Shown one piece after another: positions 1-10,407 of a DNA stretch of 64,000 nt. Each line of letters begins with the position of its first letter. Within the stretch, counting starts at the first letter, position 1. Made by a program: the position numbers and the translations under genes. Origin of the DNA: a virus; UHGV virus genome UHGV-0218015; one strand, written 5' to 3'. The notes beneath the pieces were generated by a model. The model was not told where the DNA came from, searched no databases, and was given only the letters and a program-made list of their open reading frames with translations.

Positions 1-16
1 AAAGACTCCTACTTTT

Positions 17-54
17 AAATAAAATGGATACCCCTCCCCATTACAGGGAGGGGT
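17..54 (-). terminator. rho-independent terminator-like hairpin downstream of the first tail fibre gene
   Basis: Stem CCCCTCCC / GGGAGGGG at about 31-53 with an A/T-rich run on the 3' side of the minus strand; sits just past the stop of CDS 92..4276. Confidence 0.45.
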
Positions 55-91
55 TACCTACGGACACACAACTGCCCGCAGGCAGTCTGTC

Positions 92-3000
92 CTAAGTACG
101 ATCCCCTAACTGCTTCCCGTTAAGTTCTCGTTTCAGTACAGCCAGAATCCACTTCCACGCTTTACTCGTGATGTGGTACGGGTTGCGTTTCTCCATTAAG
201 AACTGACTTTCGCCGCTACGGAGTTCGAAACTCTGTGCATTGAGTTGATCTTGACGGACACTTTTCTCGTCAGTGACATCTAACGAACAGGTAAAGTTAA
301 GTTCATAACCTTCCGGATTATTGCCGGGCGGTTCTAAGACAATATAAATGTCCTGACCTACACGTAAGTCCTTTGGCGTAAGAGTAATCGCTTTACCTGT
401 ATCAGAGGCGGTCGAAAGCGCAAAAGATACGCTATCAATAGCCGATACATACGGGTCCTTCCCGGCATCACCGATAATCACTTTACCCGGCCAGTTAGAC
501 TTCACCGTCCCGGCCACTTTTGCAACGCGATACTGCTGTTTATCAGCACCTTGTGCAAAGCGTAGAATGAGTTTATGGCGATAACGACTCGCAGCAGCTT
601 TAGTCGTGCTCCACTCATTATTCCAGGAAGCGTTGAGTTCACCTTTCTTGGCCATCAAGGCACCACGAGACAGCTTACGGTCAAAGAACTGCGCAGGCAA
701 CTGACCGTCATGTGAAACAGCAACACTTCCCTGGCCGGTTGGCAGCGCGATGCTTTCTGTAACGCGGTATTTCTGACTAATCTCATAAGTCGCGGGGTCA
801 ATCACAGTCTGACTAAAATCAACGTCTTTGGTATCAGCCAAATACCCAACGGACGAATCCAGATACGATTCGAACAACGAACGTAAGTAATGGTACTTAT
901 CAATGTCGACGTTACTCGTAGCCGGATCAATCAGCGCGTGACTAATCGTTACACGGCATTTCGCAGACAGTTCTTTAAACGACAATCCCACACCGTCGCC
1001 AGTGAAATAATCCACTAAATCGAACGGGAATTGAATCTCCAGCTGTCGATGTTTAACTGTTGTCGTTCCGAACTGTGAGAACGTCAGTGCTAAACGTAAT
1101 ACCCGACTGTTTACGTTGTAACGATAGCGAATCATGCCACGAGGTGCATGGTTTGCAGAAATTTTATCTCGGCTGGCACCCCAACCTATCAAGTCGAGCG
1201 TCGCCGCGTTGGTTTCCTCACCGTTGAACAACACATCCTTAAACGTTGCGGCCACTGCCGTTTCCCCAGACTCCTCCATCACTAACGGAATATCCGTAAC
1301 AGCAGAATCTGAACGGGAACCAATCCCCAACTTACAGGTTTTGGTAGTTAGGTCAATGCGCAGATAGCGACGTTTAACGCTGCTACCTTGCGTTGACGTG
1401 CATAGAACCAAATCCGGCGCAGCAGCAAGGGCTTGCGTTCCACCAACATCGTCAACATCGAACGCAAACGAGCCTTCGAATGTCGGTGCGTTGTTTTCTT
1501 TCGGGTTAAATGGTGTAAACCAACAATACGGCGTAGCACCTTCAGGTATCACAACGTATTGAAGACTCGACTTCACGTTTTGGTTGTGTGCGTAAGTATA
1601 AAGACCACGACTGACAAGATGGAAAACATCCCCTGTAGCGGTTGCTAACGGTTTCCTAAAGATACACGCTCTTGGTTCGGCAATAGCACGGTTTAATAAC
1701 GGCAACCGTGGGTTATCCGTCAGTGACCAGTCCGCAGCGTTGAGACCGTGTGCCTTACGAATACTATTATGCTCGCTAACTTCCGCACTTTTCCCGAAAT
1801 CAAACGTGGTTTCAAATCCCACGGTTTTATTCGCGTAAGACTGACCAGGAACGATATCAACATAACCGATATATCCGCGTTCTGGATCGACCTCAAATCC
1901 TTGAACTGGTTCAGCACGCGAATACAGAGAGCCTGTGAGCATGTTAACGTACAAATAATGACGAATACCTACATGCGTTGTGACAAACTCCTGGAGAAGC
2001 TCTACACGCGTTTCAGGACCACTGAAATAAACGGGGTAGTCACCATCGTAAACTTCGAACTGTACCGCTGCAGATTTAGCCGTGTCACTACACTCTGCTT
2101 TAACAGCAATTGTGTAGTTTTCAACATCTGGAGACGTTCCATAGTTCATTAACAATGGCGACGCACCAGTAGCGCCTACAACACCATTTACATAAACGGT
2201 TATTGTCCCACCGCCAGCGGCATAAACAAACAGCCTTTTCTGACGAGCTTTGACGCGCGTTTTAGCCAGTACCGATACAACGGACTGAACGCCCATCTGG
2301 GTGGCGCTTTTACCTACCGGAACTGACTGAAACCCCATTGTTGGGGGATCAACAATTCCATCCCAACTAATCCCGGTACCTTTACTCACCTTACCCGTAG
2401 GCCAAGTCAGCTCAAGTTGGTTGTTCGGTGAGAACCAGTTAAACATCGGAGTGGTTTGCAGGTCAATCGCACCGGTAACGGTACTGTCACCTTTCGTGCC
2501 GTCCAGCAAATAGAAATATTTCAAATCCTGAACGGAGATTGCCGTACCCTGGCTATTAAATCGCCAGTCTGCGCCTTTTACAGCAGCGAAATCCGTGACT
2601 GTTCCTTCTTTCGCATTTGCAATTGCCGCAGCGACCACACTTAAACGTGCCGAAAGCTCTTTTAGGATGTTCGGTACCACTGCACGGTTTTCAACCAAAC
2701 CGTTCTGGTTAGTTGCATAACGACCAATACCGTAAACAGATTGAGAAGCTTTATAAATACCTAACTCCGACCAATCGTGATGATGGCCCACATCTGCTAG
2801 ACCGCTAACCGCCTCAGTTAACTTGGTTGACAACGGTTTGTCAAGATCTGCGGTATTATCCGCTTGCCCTAACCCCAGGTCAGCTTTCGTGATTGTCCTG
2901 GAGCCGTCATTCATTGGCTTACCGTTAATCATGGTCGTTTTAGCCACATACCCCGATAGGTCGGTCGCATATGGCGCTAACGAAGCCGGAGTTGCTGCAA

Positions 3001-4276
3001 CCCCAACGATTTCTGTACCTTTACCAGTTTTAAGCTTAACAACACCTTTTTCAGTGGTTGTCGCTTTCGTCGGGTCGATAGTACCCACGATAGGATCGGT
3101 CCGAGAGCCTTTACCGGTGAAGCTAATCCCATTACGGCCTTCGATGTACACCTTTGAGTCGTCGGGGTCACCGCCACCGCTCCCGCCAGCATCAGGATCT
3201 TGTTGGTATTCCATCAATGCTGTGGTGGTCAGTAACGGGTTACCGTTTAGGGTGAGTTTGTTCATCCCTAAAGCATCGCCTGTTGACTCGATACGTAGGA
3301 TGTTTTTACCAGCACGCCAGTTAATGTAACGTCCTGCACCCGTTCCTTCCAGATGCCCTACCGATAACACTACAGAACCGTTGGATTTTAACGTAAAGCC
3401 ATCATTCGCAAAAATGATTTCTGACTCACCGTTTTTTGAGCGGAACTGTGCACGGTTTCCTGACACCGTACAGTTAAACACACCCCGTACTTCTGAAGAA
3501 ATCCAGTGGGAGATATACGTGTCAATAACTGACTGTGGTAAACGAAACGCTTTCAGCTCATCCGTCAATGCTTTCAACTTTAACCCGTACGCCATAAAGG
3601 TGTCGGGTGTTTTCAAGTTAACAGGATGTGCGTTAATCTGTGCAGAAGTGGTTTGGTGCGGGTTGGTTTCCGCGATGTGTGCCGGGTAGTTAAATGTCTC
3701 GATTTCTTTACCCAGCGCGGCGACTAACGCTTTAACTTCGGCTAATTTATCTTTAATTAACTGGTTAGCGTCATCGGTTTTCAATTCAACATCGTGGACT
3801 GCCGACGCTAAATATTTTTTGTTTAGCAAATCCGCCCAAGACGTTGCCGCAGGCGTAGCCGGGTATAACGACGGTCTGCCTTCTAATAACAACCAGTCAG
3901 CGCTGACTGGGTTATTCAAATATTTCACCAGCTCATCGAGAATATCAACAAACGGGTCGTAGAACGTACCGCCGAGCATTTGTCCTTCAAAGGTTACGAT
4001 GCCTTTGATGGAAGGGTTGATAAGGTGTACCCCACAATACACGTTGGCTGCTACCGAGTCATCCAGTTCCGTCAGCTGATATTGCAGTTCGTAGTCCACC
4101 CCACGACTCAGTGGGGTGGTTGAACCTGGTTGTCTGACGACTAAATCTTCAAAGAACGGGCGATGGTCTAAAATCACCACCCGATCGTTGTTGTTTTCTG
4201 ACCCGATGATACGCTCCTCTAAGAAGTGATTCTCGGTTTTCGTCCCCCGAGGATCGTAAGGATACGCTTTCATCAA
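92..4276 (-). CDS. large tail fibre-like virion protein (1394 aa)
   Basis: Uninterrupted 1394-aa ORF; N-terminal region shares a module with the adjacent 1440-aa protein (PFF..LVV..G...DY); Gly/Thr/Ser-rich repetitive segments typical of fibres. Track start is TTG; an in-frame ATG follows one codon later, with an AAGGAG-like RBS. Confidence 0.6.
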   Translation of the reverse strand: MMKAYPYDPRGTKTENHFLEERIIGSENNNDRVVILDHRPFFEDLVVRQPGSTTPLSRGVDYELQYQLTELDDSVAANVYCGVHLINPSIKGIVTFEGQMLGGTFYDPFVDILDELVKYLNNPVSADWLLLEGRPSLYPATPAATSWADLLNKKYLASAVHDVELKTDDANQLIKDKLAEVKALVAALGKEIETFNYPAHIAETNPHQTTSAQINAHPVNLKTPDTFMAYGLKLKALTDELKAFRLPQSVIDTYISHWISSEVRGVFNCTVSGNRAQFRSKNGESEIIFANDGFTLKSNGSVVLSVGHLEGTGAGRYINWRAGKNILRIESTGDALGMNKLTLNGNPLLTTTALMEYQQDPDAGGSGGGDPDDSKVYIEGRNGISFTGKGSRTDPIVGTIDPTKATTTEKGVVKLKTGKGTEIVGVAATPASLAPYATDLSGYVAKTTMINGKPMNDGSRTITKADLGLGQADNTADLDKPLSTKLTEAVSGLADVGHHHDWSELGIYKASQSVYGIGRYATNQNGLVENRAVVPNILKELSARLSVVAAAIANAKEGTVTDFAAVKGADWRFNSQGTAISVQDLKYFYLLDGTKGDSTVTGAIDLQTTPMFNWFSPNNQLELTWPTGKVSKGTGISWDGIVDPPTMGFQSVPVGKSATQMGVQSVVSVLAKTRVKARQKRLFVYAAGGGTITVYVNGVVGATGASPLLMNYGTSPDVENYTIAVKAECSDTAKSAAVQFEVYDGDYPVYFSGPETRVELLQEFVTTHVGIRHYLYVNMLTGSLYSRAEPVQGFEVDPERGYIGYVDIVPGQSYANKTVGFETTFDFGKSAEVSEHNSIRKAHGLNAADWSLTDNPRLPLLNRAIAEPRACIFRKPLATATGDVFHLVSRGLYTYAHNQNVKSSLQYVVIPEGATPYCWFTPFNPKENNAPTFEGSFAFDVDDVGGTQALAAAPDLVLCTSTQGSSVKRRYLRIDLTTKTCKLGIGSRSDSAVTDIPLVMEESGETAVAATFKDVLFNGEETNAATLDLIGWGASRDKISANHAPRGMIRYRYNVNSRVLRLALTFSQFGTTTVKHRQLEIQFPFDLVDYFTGDGVGLSFKELSAKCRVTISHALIDPATSNVDIDKYHYLRSLFESYLDSSVGYLADTKDVDFSQTVIDPATYEISQKYRVTESIALPTGQGSVAVSHDGQLPAQFFDRKLSRGALMAKKGELNASWNNEWSTTKAAASRYRHKLILRFAQGADKQQYRVAKVAGTVKSNWPGKVIIGDAGKDPYVSAIDSVSFALSTASDTGKAITLTPKDLRVGQDIYIVLEPPGNNPEGYELNFTCSLDVTDEKSVRQDQLNAQSFELRSGESQFLMEKRNPYHITSKAWKWILAVLKRELNGKQLGDRT

Positions 4277-4286
4277 AAAATTCTCC

Positions 4287-7200
4287 TTAATCGCGAATGA
4301 TTACCGCCTGCACTTTATTGTCGGTGTCGATAAACGACATTACGCGCTCCTTGTTAAGATAAGGAGGTATCGGTAACGCAGCGTAATCTGCCAGGTTGTT
4401 ATTAAATTCAGTTGCCACTAACGCATTAAGCGTTTCGGGGTCTGAGCTGACACCGGACAATTCCATGACGCGTACTCGATTTAATGAGGAATAGTTGCTA
4501 ACATAGTCCAACAACGTACCGTAGACTTTGTTCGCAGTTGCGCTGTCTGCTGTAGAGCGGATGTTGGCACGAACCTCATCCTCATAAAGTCCCCCTAAAC
4601 CGTAGTAAATAGGGGTATACGGATCATTAACGATAGGTTCGATATTGAACCCGGTTAAACGGTCGGCTAATGGGATTTTCTGCGTAGTTCCCCCTGCCGC
4701 CGTACAGCTTACGTATTTATCTGTCGCGGATAAAAACACCACGATAGTATACACAGTGCCAGCTAAAGTCAGCGATGCATTAAACGTTATTGCGTTGTTT
4801 GCACCACGGGTGTGGGTAAACGTTACGTCAGGTCGTAATGAACTCCACGGTGCAGGCGTAACACGCTTCGTTGGTGTGAAACCTACCACTACCGATTTCC
4901 CGCTACCGAAGTTCAAACCGAACCCTGCGTAACAATATTCACCGTTACTGTCAGTTAAACGATAACCGCGAGTGATAAGTAATGACAACCGCATAAACTC
5001 GCCGTCGGTGTTCTTCCAACAACCTAAAACAGTTTCTAACACTGTTCCGGTTTTTGCGTTGCTTTCTGTTTCCCAACTTACCCGCATTCCTGCGTTTTTG
5101 AAAGTCGGGAATAAGTTGTGAATAAACCCGTGAACGTTGTCACTTACCCCTTTCGCATCGAAAATCCACTTTGATGCGATCTGGTCGTATTTCACCCCGT
5201 CTAAGGCTTTATACTGTCCACGAACAACATAACGCCAATCTGCTTCACCACGCACTACTGCCTGGAGTCCAGAAGCCCAGCAAGGTGCACCTACTGTTAA
5301 ATCACTTAACCCCAATACTGCACGCGAAGCAGAACGTTGAATGTGTGCGTTGTCATTAGCGATGTGGTCTTTCAGCTCGTGGAATTCGCCTAATCGTGTC
5401 ACGTTACGCAATTCCACTACGTCCACTTCGGAAAGCTCATTGACAACGAGTCTTCCCACGCGCGTCATGGTATCCGTTTCAGCCTGATTGTAGCTGTCGT
5501 GGATAACATACTTCGCTTTGTTGTCAACAATATCAACAAAAATTCCTGCGTAGATCAACGTTTTCGGATTCGGGAAACGTTCAGTGACGTTAACCGACAT
5601 TAACGGTACGTCATACGTCTCACCACCAACAAAGTACGTTGAAGCGGGGAGCATAGCCAGAATTTTGTCTTTAACCGTAACGTTAATTAAGTCGTCACCA
5701 GACTTGCCGAAACGAATAATGTCAACGCGAGCACCCGAGTCAACGCCACCGACAGCATTTTCCAATTTTTCAATCTGGGAAGTCTGCGCCATTACCACAC
5801 TCCCATCGAGTGCTAAAGTCGCATCATCCACATCCAGACCAAATTTAATCAGACCACGTTTCGCTGTGGTTGCGTTCCCAGTACCAAAAGCGGTAAACGG
5901 GTGTTGGTGAACTTTAGGCGAGTATTTATCTAACTCCGCACGTTGTGCTGTAGAAATCGGTAAATTGACATCGGGTGTATTCGCAACGTTACCTAAACCA
6001 AAGGTAATTTTGTCGATAGTGACCGAGCTGGTAAGTTGCATGTCGTTAATGTACGATTTAACCGCAACTAATTTACCGGTGAACTCCGCATCTAGTTTTT
6101 CAATCAGTGCTGGCGTTGCTGCAAGGTTTTCAGCGGTACCAAACTCATCGGTCAACTGCCAAGCTGCCAGGGCTGTTGTATCTGTCGCGGTAGGGAGAAT
6201 AAAAGTCGCTACGAACGGCGATGCTTTTATCCCGCTACCGGTAAGCTCTACCGTGGTTGTAGATGTACCGTAGAATAATCCCGTACCGCCCGCGGTATTG
6301 CCTGGCAGATACGGAGCCACGGTAGTGGGGTCTAAGAGTTTCTTACCACGCCACTGTAACCCACGATCATCAGGATACAATATAAGTTGGTTAGTACCTG
6401 CTTGAAACGTTACAGGGTTATTCCCCGCATTAACCTCGGTTGAACCTTGTCCAATAAACTTAATGGATTTCGGGTCAACGACAAACTGGGCACCTAAACG
6501 GGTCCCGTCAACGACGTCGGGCGCTTTCTTAATGGTAACCGTGTTACCTTTATTCCCCGAGCTAATAGTGACATTGTCAGCAACATTACTGATCAATGAT
6601 TTAAAGTGGTGGCTATTCTCCAATGCTTCTAGTGCAGCGTCCATGTTAGTGAAGTTAACACGTGCACTGTATGTCTTGCCGTTTATGGTAATAACGACAT
6701 CAAACACGTTCCCTGTGCGTTTCAGTTGAAAACGCAGCGTAAAATCCCCATCCGGTATTGCTGGATTAGGAGCTTGGGAAAGATACTGAACTTCAGGTGT
6801 GGGATTCGAAAAACCGTTCAGTTCCAACTTAACGCCGACTTTACCCGCAGAAATTTCACCTGTAAGCTGGATAAATTTTCCAGAGTTAGTACCAGGTTTC
6901 TGATAGAAACGTAGGCTAACCGTACCGACAGCTTCATTACCAGACGCTGTTTTACGTCCGGTAACAATAAAGTCAATATCTTGCAGGTTAGCAGGTACCG
7001 CATTAAAAGAAGTGGCGAATCCACTCTTCGTTCCTGTGTAACGAAGCGCACCGTGATACCTGTGACCATTACTAACGTAGCTTTCGCTAAAACGAGGACT
7101 CACGTATTTCGACATTGACACCGGGTCAACTTCCGTCGTGAACGAAGTAAAACCGGGCAGCGTTCCAATAGTTCCGTTAGCCGTTTTCGTAGCTGACGTG

Positions 7201-8609
7201 CGCAATAGTTTCTTTTGTGCTGTCAGCGTCGCTTGTGTTGGATACTTAGCATTAACATAATCCGTTAACTGCGGCTTCGTTTTTCCGTAAGCTAATGCTG
7301 CATCCGACGCAATACCGTTCAACTCTAACGCACGGATCGGACCCCACGTATCTGTGTGTGGGTTGTCCTTACGTGTAACGTGTTCGTGCGCAGGCGCATT
7401 ACGATACAGCTGCTCAACCAACTGATGATACTTAACTATTAACTGGTAAACATCGTTATCAACGTCAGGCTCCGGCGCACCGGGTAAAGAACGAATTTGA
7501 ACATTATCGTTTTCAGCCGCATACCAGTTCAGGTTAATGTTCGTTTTAGACTTCAACCATTTGGCTACATCCGTTTTCGAATACCCTGCCGAGAACTCAT
7601 CAGGTGGCGTATCGACGTTGAACGTATAATCCATGGTCTGTTTATTTGTTTTTACTACGATTACGTAAACGCCGTTTCCGGGTTGTCGGGTTACACTAAA
7701 ATCGATATCGTTTTTTAACTCATCGTCAGTTAAACCGTTGATTAAAGTATAATCGTAGTTTGATGAACCGCTTCCAATAGCGACAGTTAAGACCAGTGAG
7801 ATTTTGCGCTGTTTTAGCTGCAACCGTAGAATGCTTGCACCACCGTTGGCATAACAGAGCATCCAATCGATCTGCTCGTTCGGATTCAACTTTGTCATGT
7901 CCGGCAGAATAGCAGGAATTCTGTGTTTCACCGACAGGGAATAGTTGTTAAAGGTTGTCGCTTTATAACTCAGGCTATAACGGTGGCGAGCTGTGTTGTA
8001 GGTGAAACCGCCTTTATTATCGTACGCAGCATACTGCTCGGAAGTGATAACCTTGCTATTAGCACGATATTCCAAATCCAGTGTATTGCGTGCGATTGGG
8101 TTAAGACGACTCACGACTTCCCCTAACGAATCGCCTACCCCAGCAATGGCCTGCATTAGCTCCAGTTCACCTTTCCAATTCTCCCAATCGAACTGGATAT
8201 CGACCGGTGGAAAGTAAACGTCTCCGATGACGGTGTCCCACTGACACGCGGAGGGGTATTTACCTTTATTAAGCTCGCGCTCTGCGGTAATCTGCTCTTG
8301 GGTTGCTTCACCACAACCAACGGCATGGTAATCTACAGTAAAGTTCGATTTGTATTTGTCATTAACAATCCAAATCATCCCGTGAATGAGATAGGCTGTG
8401 CGCAACATACCAGTCTCGTACGGGTGTGTAATAACGTAATCGTCGCCTAAGGTCAGTATTTTGCCGCCGCTCTTGACCACCAGGGATGTGGTGAAAAAAG
8501 GGGCGTGGGCAGGTACCAACATTCGGTATTTCGTACCAATGACGGCGACCGCTTCACCGGTTATTTTATTCCCCGGTTTTTTGAAGTGTGGGTCTAAGAC
8601 GACAGCCAT
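4287..8609 (-). CDS. large tail fibre / tailspike-like virion protein (1440 aa)
   Basis: 1440-aa ORF with ATG start at 8609, 10 nt upstream of the next gene; N-terminal module shared with the 1394-aa protein; long beta-rich, Gly/Thr/Asn-rich sequence. Confidence 0.6.
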   Translation of the reverse strand: MAVVLDPHFKKPGNKITGEAVAVIGTKYRMLVPAHAPFFTTSLVVKSGGKILTLGDDYVITHPYETGMLRTAYLIHGMIWIVNDKYKSNFTVDYHAVGCGEATQEQITAERELNKGKYPSACQWDTVIGDVYFPPVDIQFDWENWKGELELMQAIAGVGDSLGEVVSRLNPIARNTLDLEYRANSKVITSEQYAAYDNKGGFTYNTARHRYSLSYKATTFNNYSLSVKHRIPAILPDMTKLNPNEQIDWMLCYANGGASILRLQLKQRKISLVLTVAIGSGSSNYDYTLINGLTDDELKNDIDFSVTRQPGNGVYVIVVKTNKQTMDYTFNVDTPPDEFSAGYSKTDVAKWLKSKTNINLNWYAAENDNVQIRSLPGAPEPDVDNDVYQLIVKYHQLVEQLYRNAPAHEHVTRKDNPHTDTWGPIRALELNGIASDAALAYGKTKPQLTDYVNAKYPTQATLTAQKKLLRTSATKTANGTIGTLPGFTSFTTEVDPVSMSKYVSPRFSESYVSNGHRYHGALRYTGTKSGFATSFNAVPANLQDIDFIVTGRKTASGNEAVGTVSLRFYQKPGTNSGKFIQLTGEISAGKVGVKLELNGFSNPTPEVQYLSQAPNPAIPDGDFTLRFQLKRTGNVFDVVITINGKTYSARVNFTNMDAALEALENSHHFKSLISNVADNVTISSGNKGNTVTIKKAPDVVDGTRLGAQFVVDPKSIKFIGQGSTEVNAGNNPVTFQAGTNQLILYPDDRGLQWRGKKLLDPTTVAPYLPGNTAGGTGLFYGTSTTTVELTGSGIKASPFVATFILPTATDTTALAAWQLTDEFGTAENLAATPALIEKLDAEFTGKLVAVKSYINDMQLTSSVTIDKITFGLGNVANTPDVNLPISTAQRAELDKYSPKVHQHPFTAFGTGNATTAKRGLIKFGLDVDDATLALDGSVVMAQTSQIEKLENAVGGVDSGARVDIIRFGKSGDDLINVTVKDKILAMLPASTYFVGGETYDVPLMSVNVTERFPNPKTLIYAGIFVDIVDNKAKYVIHDSYNQAETDTMTRVGRLVVNELSEVDVVELRNVTRLGEFHELKDHIANDNAHIQRSASRAVLGLSDLTVGAPCWASGLQAVVRGEADWRYVVRGQYKALDGVKYDQIASKWIFDAKGVSDNVHGFIHNLFPTFKNAGMRVSWETESNAKTGTVLETVLGCWKNTDGEFMRLSLLITRGYRLTDSNGEYCYAGFGLNFGSGKSVVVGFTPTKRVTPAPWSSLRPDVTFTHTRGANNAITFNASLTLAGTVYTIVVFLSATDKYVSCTAAGGTTQKIPLADRLTGFNIEPIVNDPYTPIYYGLGGLYEDEVRANIRSTADSATANKVYGTLLDYVSNYSSLNRVRVMELSGVSSDPETLNALVATEFNNNLADYAALPIPPYLNKERVMSFIDTDNKVQAVIIRD

Positions 8610-8678
8610 TATCTACTCCTATAGTCCGTGGGCGTCGAAGTTCATACTATGACTTGAATCTATAGAGGAAAAAGAGCT

Positions 8679-9941
8679 GTGACTACTGCTTATCAAGTGC
8701 GACCCGACAGCGCTTTTGGCTTCTCTCGAGAGTCCCGTACCTGGGGAGCCATCGATGTCACGCAACCTTTAACTACGTTGTGTTCAGACTACCACACCTT
8801 TGAGATCGGTTTAAGTGCACTTGGTAAAGACTATACGTTAGTCAGTCAATACCATCTTGCCGAACTACAAAACCGAACAGACACTTTACAAGATTGGTTA
8901 AACGAAAAAGCCGGAAACGTCATTCCCACTCTAAAGACCGGATTGCCGAAACTGGAATTCAGTTGGGCACATTACCAATCAATTAATGCCGATGTACCTG
9001 TCGAAACATATCTGTGTCCACCAGGGTACCATCACAGTCAAGATTTCAGCTTAGACGATGCTGATGACGTTGTCGTCGTTTGTGAGGACAAGTGGAAAGA
9101 CAAATACCGTAATAGTGTGCTGTACAACATTAACGGTCAATGGGTACCACACCAGACGGATACCGTAGGTGTGCGATTGCCTGGGGCCGGTAAAATCGTA
9201 CGGAGAGCATGTACGCCAGATATTGGCTGTATGGTTTTTGGTCAGCTAGGGAATGTTAAAACCTATCCAATCGCCAACCTTACGCTAAACAAGCTCGACA
9301 CTACACGCGACTATTACTCCACGTTAATGATATCGCTGCCTGAGTCTATTACGGGGAAAACCGTGGGTTTCGTCATAGGCGGATTGCTACGTTGGTTGCC
9401 ACCGGACGGTTATTTCTCTGACCGTGCGATCATGATTTCTTTACCGAATTTTGATCTTGCACGGACCGTTCTGGAGACCCGACGTTATTACGACTGGGAT
9501 AGCATCGGTGTGGGGGATTTATCATCGCCTACCAACGTTCAACGTATTCGTAACCCTGAAACACTGAAAGCGCTTTTACTGCACGAATCCTCTTTTATCT
9601 TTACGGTAGATAATCCGTATTTAGAAGAAGAAGTTGTGGGTGTTTCGCATAACGCAGTTTGGGGACGTTGTTATCTCAAGGACCCCACCGATCCTGATTC
9701 TGAAAAACCATTAGGGTACTTAAATAATCGATTTGGAAAGACGGTAGGTTATTGGCCTACGTGGGAGGAAGGTGAGTGGGTATTTAACACCACCGAATTC
9801 GACAGTCAAAACTACGTCTTTCGTGAAGCCCGGTGGTATAATCAGAAGAAGATTAACGATGCTCAAGCAATCGTTGGTCCATTCGGTCCCTGGGAAAAAG
9901 TGTATTTAGAAATGCATCGCTTTAGAGCACGAAAAAAATAA
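8679..9941 (+). CDS. hypothetical protein (420 aa), possibly fibre-associated
   Basis: Complete ORF with GTG start, divergent from the fibre genes and followed by a strong terminator hairpin; no recognisable catalytic motifs. Confidence 0.5.
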   Translation: MTTAYQVRPDSAFGFSRESRTWGAIDVTQPLTTLCSDYHTFEIGLSALGKDYTLVSQYHLAELQNRTDTLQDWLNEKAGNVIPTLKTGLPKLEFSWAHYQSINADVPVETYLCPPGYHHSQDFSLDDADDVVVVCEDKWKDKYRNSVLYNINGQWVPHQTDTVGVRLPGAGKIVRRACTPDIGCMVFGQLGNVKTYPIANLTLNKLDTTRDYYSTLMISLPESITGKTVGFVIGGLLRWLPPDGYFSDRAIMISLPNFDLARTVLETRRYYDWDSIGVGDLSSPTNVQRIRNPETLKALLLHESSFIFTVDNPYLEEEVVGVSHNAVWGRCYLKDPTDPDSEKPLGYLNNRFGKTVGYWPTWEEGEWVFNTTEFDSQNYVFREARWYNQKKINDAQAIVGPFGPWEKVYLEMHRFRARKK

Positions 9942-9946
9942 AGTAA

Positions 9947-9988
9947 CCTCCTACCCTCTTAGAGGGTAGGAGTAGCACGTTTTTTTTT
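9947..9988. terminator. bidirectional rho-independent terminator
   Basis: Hairpin CCTCCTACCCTCTT / AGAGGGTAGGAG followed by a T8 run; lies between convergent genes 8679..9941 (+) and 9992..10219 (-). Confidence 0.7.
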
Positions 9989-9991
9989 CGC

Positions 9992-10219
9992 TTAGTCTTT
10001 TTTGTAGACAATCGCGTTACCGTGCAGTTTGTTGTTGCCGGAAATACCGATAACTTTGAATGCGTCGCCGCCAATTTTTTCGGCTTCAGCAGCCAGTTTA
10101 CCAGTTACATGATCAACGGTATCGCCGAAAGCGCTAACGTTACCGATTTTCTTAAACTCTTCTGGAATATGCTCAGCAGAAGAGAACTCTTTAATAGACA
10201 TAACAGCTCTCCATTTCAA
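9992..10219 (-). CDS. DUF1471 (BhsA/YdgH/McbA-like) domain protein lacking a signal peptide
   Basis: C-terminal ...KIGNVSAFGDTVD...KLAAEAEKIGGDAFKVIGISGNNKLHGNAIVYKK matches from memory the enterobacterial BhsA/YcfR C-terminus (...ITSVTGPNTLHGTAVIYK); no hydrophobic leader at the N-terminus. Probable ATG start at about 10201. Confidence 0.7.
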   Translation of the reverse strand: MKWRAVMSIKEFSSAEHIPEEFKKIGNVSAFGDTVDHVTGKLAAEAEKIGGDAFKVIGISGNNKLHGNAIVYKKD

Positions 10220-10407
10220 AAGGTTAGTGGTCTAAGACCGACGTGTGTTACAACCGAAGCATAAGATAGCTCCTCCCCGTAGGGAGGAGTAGAGTGCGCG
10301 AAAAAAGTGGCCTGCTTAACTAAACGATGGGTTTAAGAAAAGTGTTGATAAAAAGTTTTACCAACGTCAGGTCACAATATATAAAAACAACGTAAGAAAA
10401 AGGGGAA

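Noticed and set aside
1134-3689. Multiple 60-170-aa ORFs on the plus strand inside the 92..4276 tail fibre gene
   Set aside because: They lie entirely within a long, continuous minus-strand coding frame, with no RBS or independent support; treated as antisense noise.
4645-8652. Short plus-strand ORFs inside the 4287..8609 gene
   Set aside because: Same reasoning: embedded in a 1440-aa minus-strand ORF with no translation signals.
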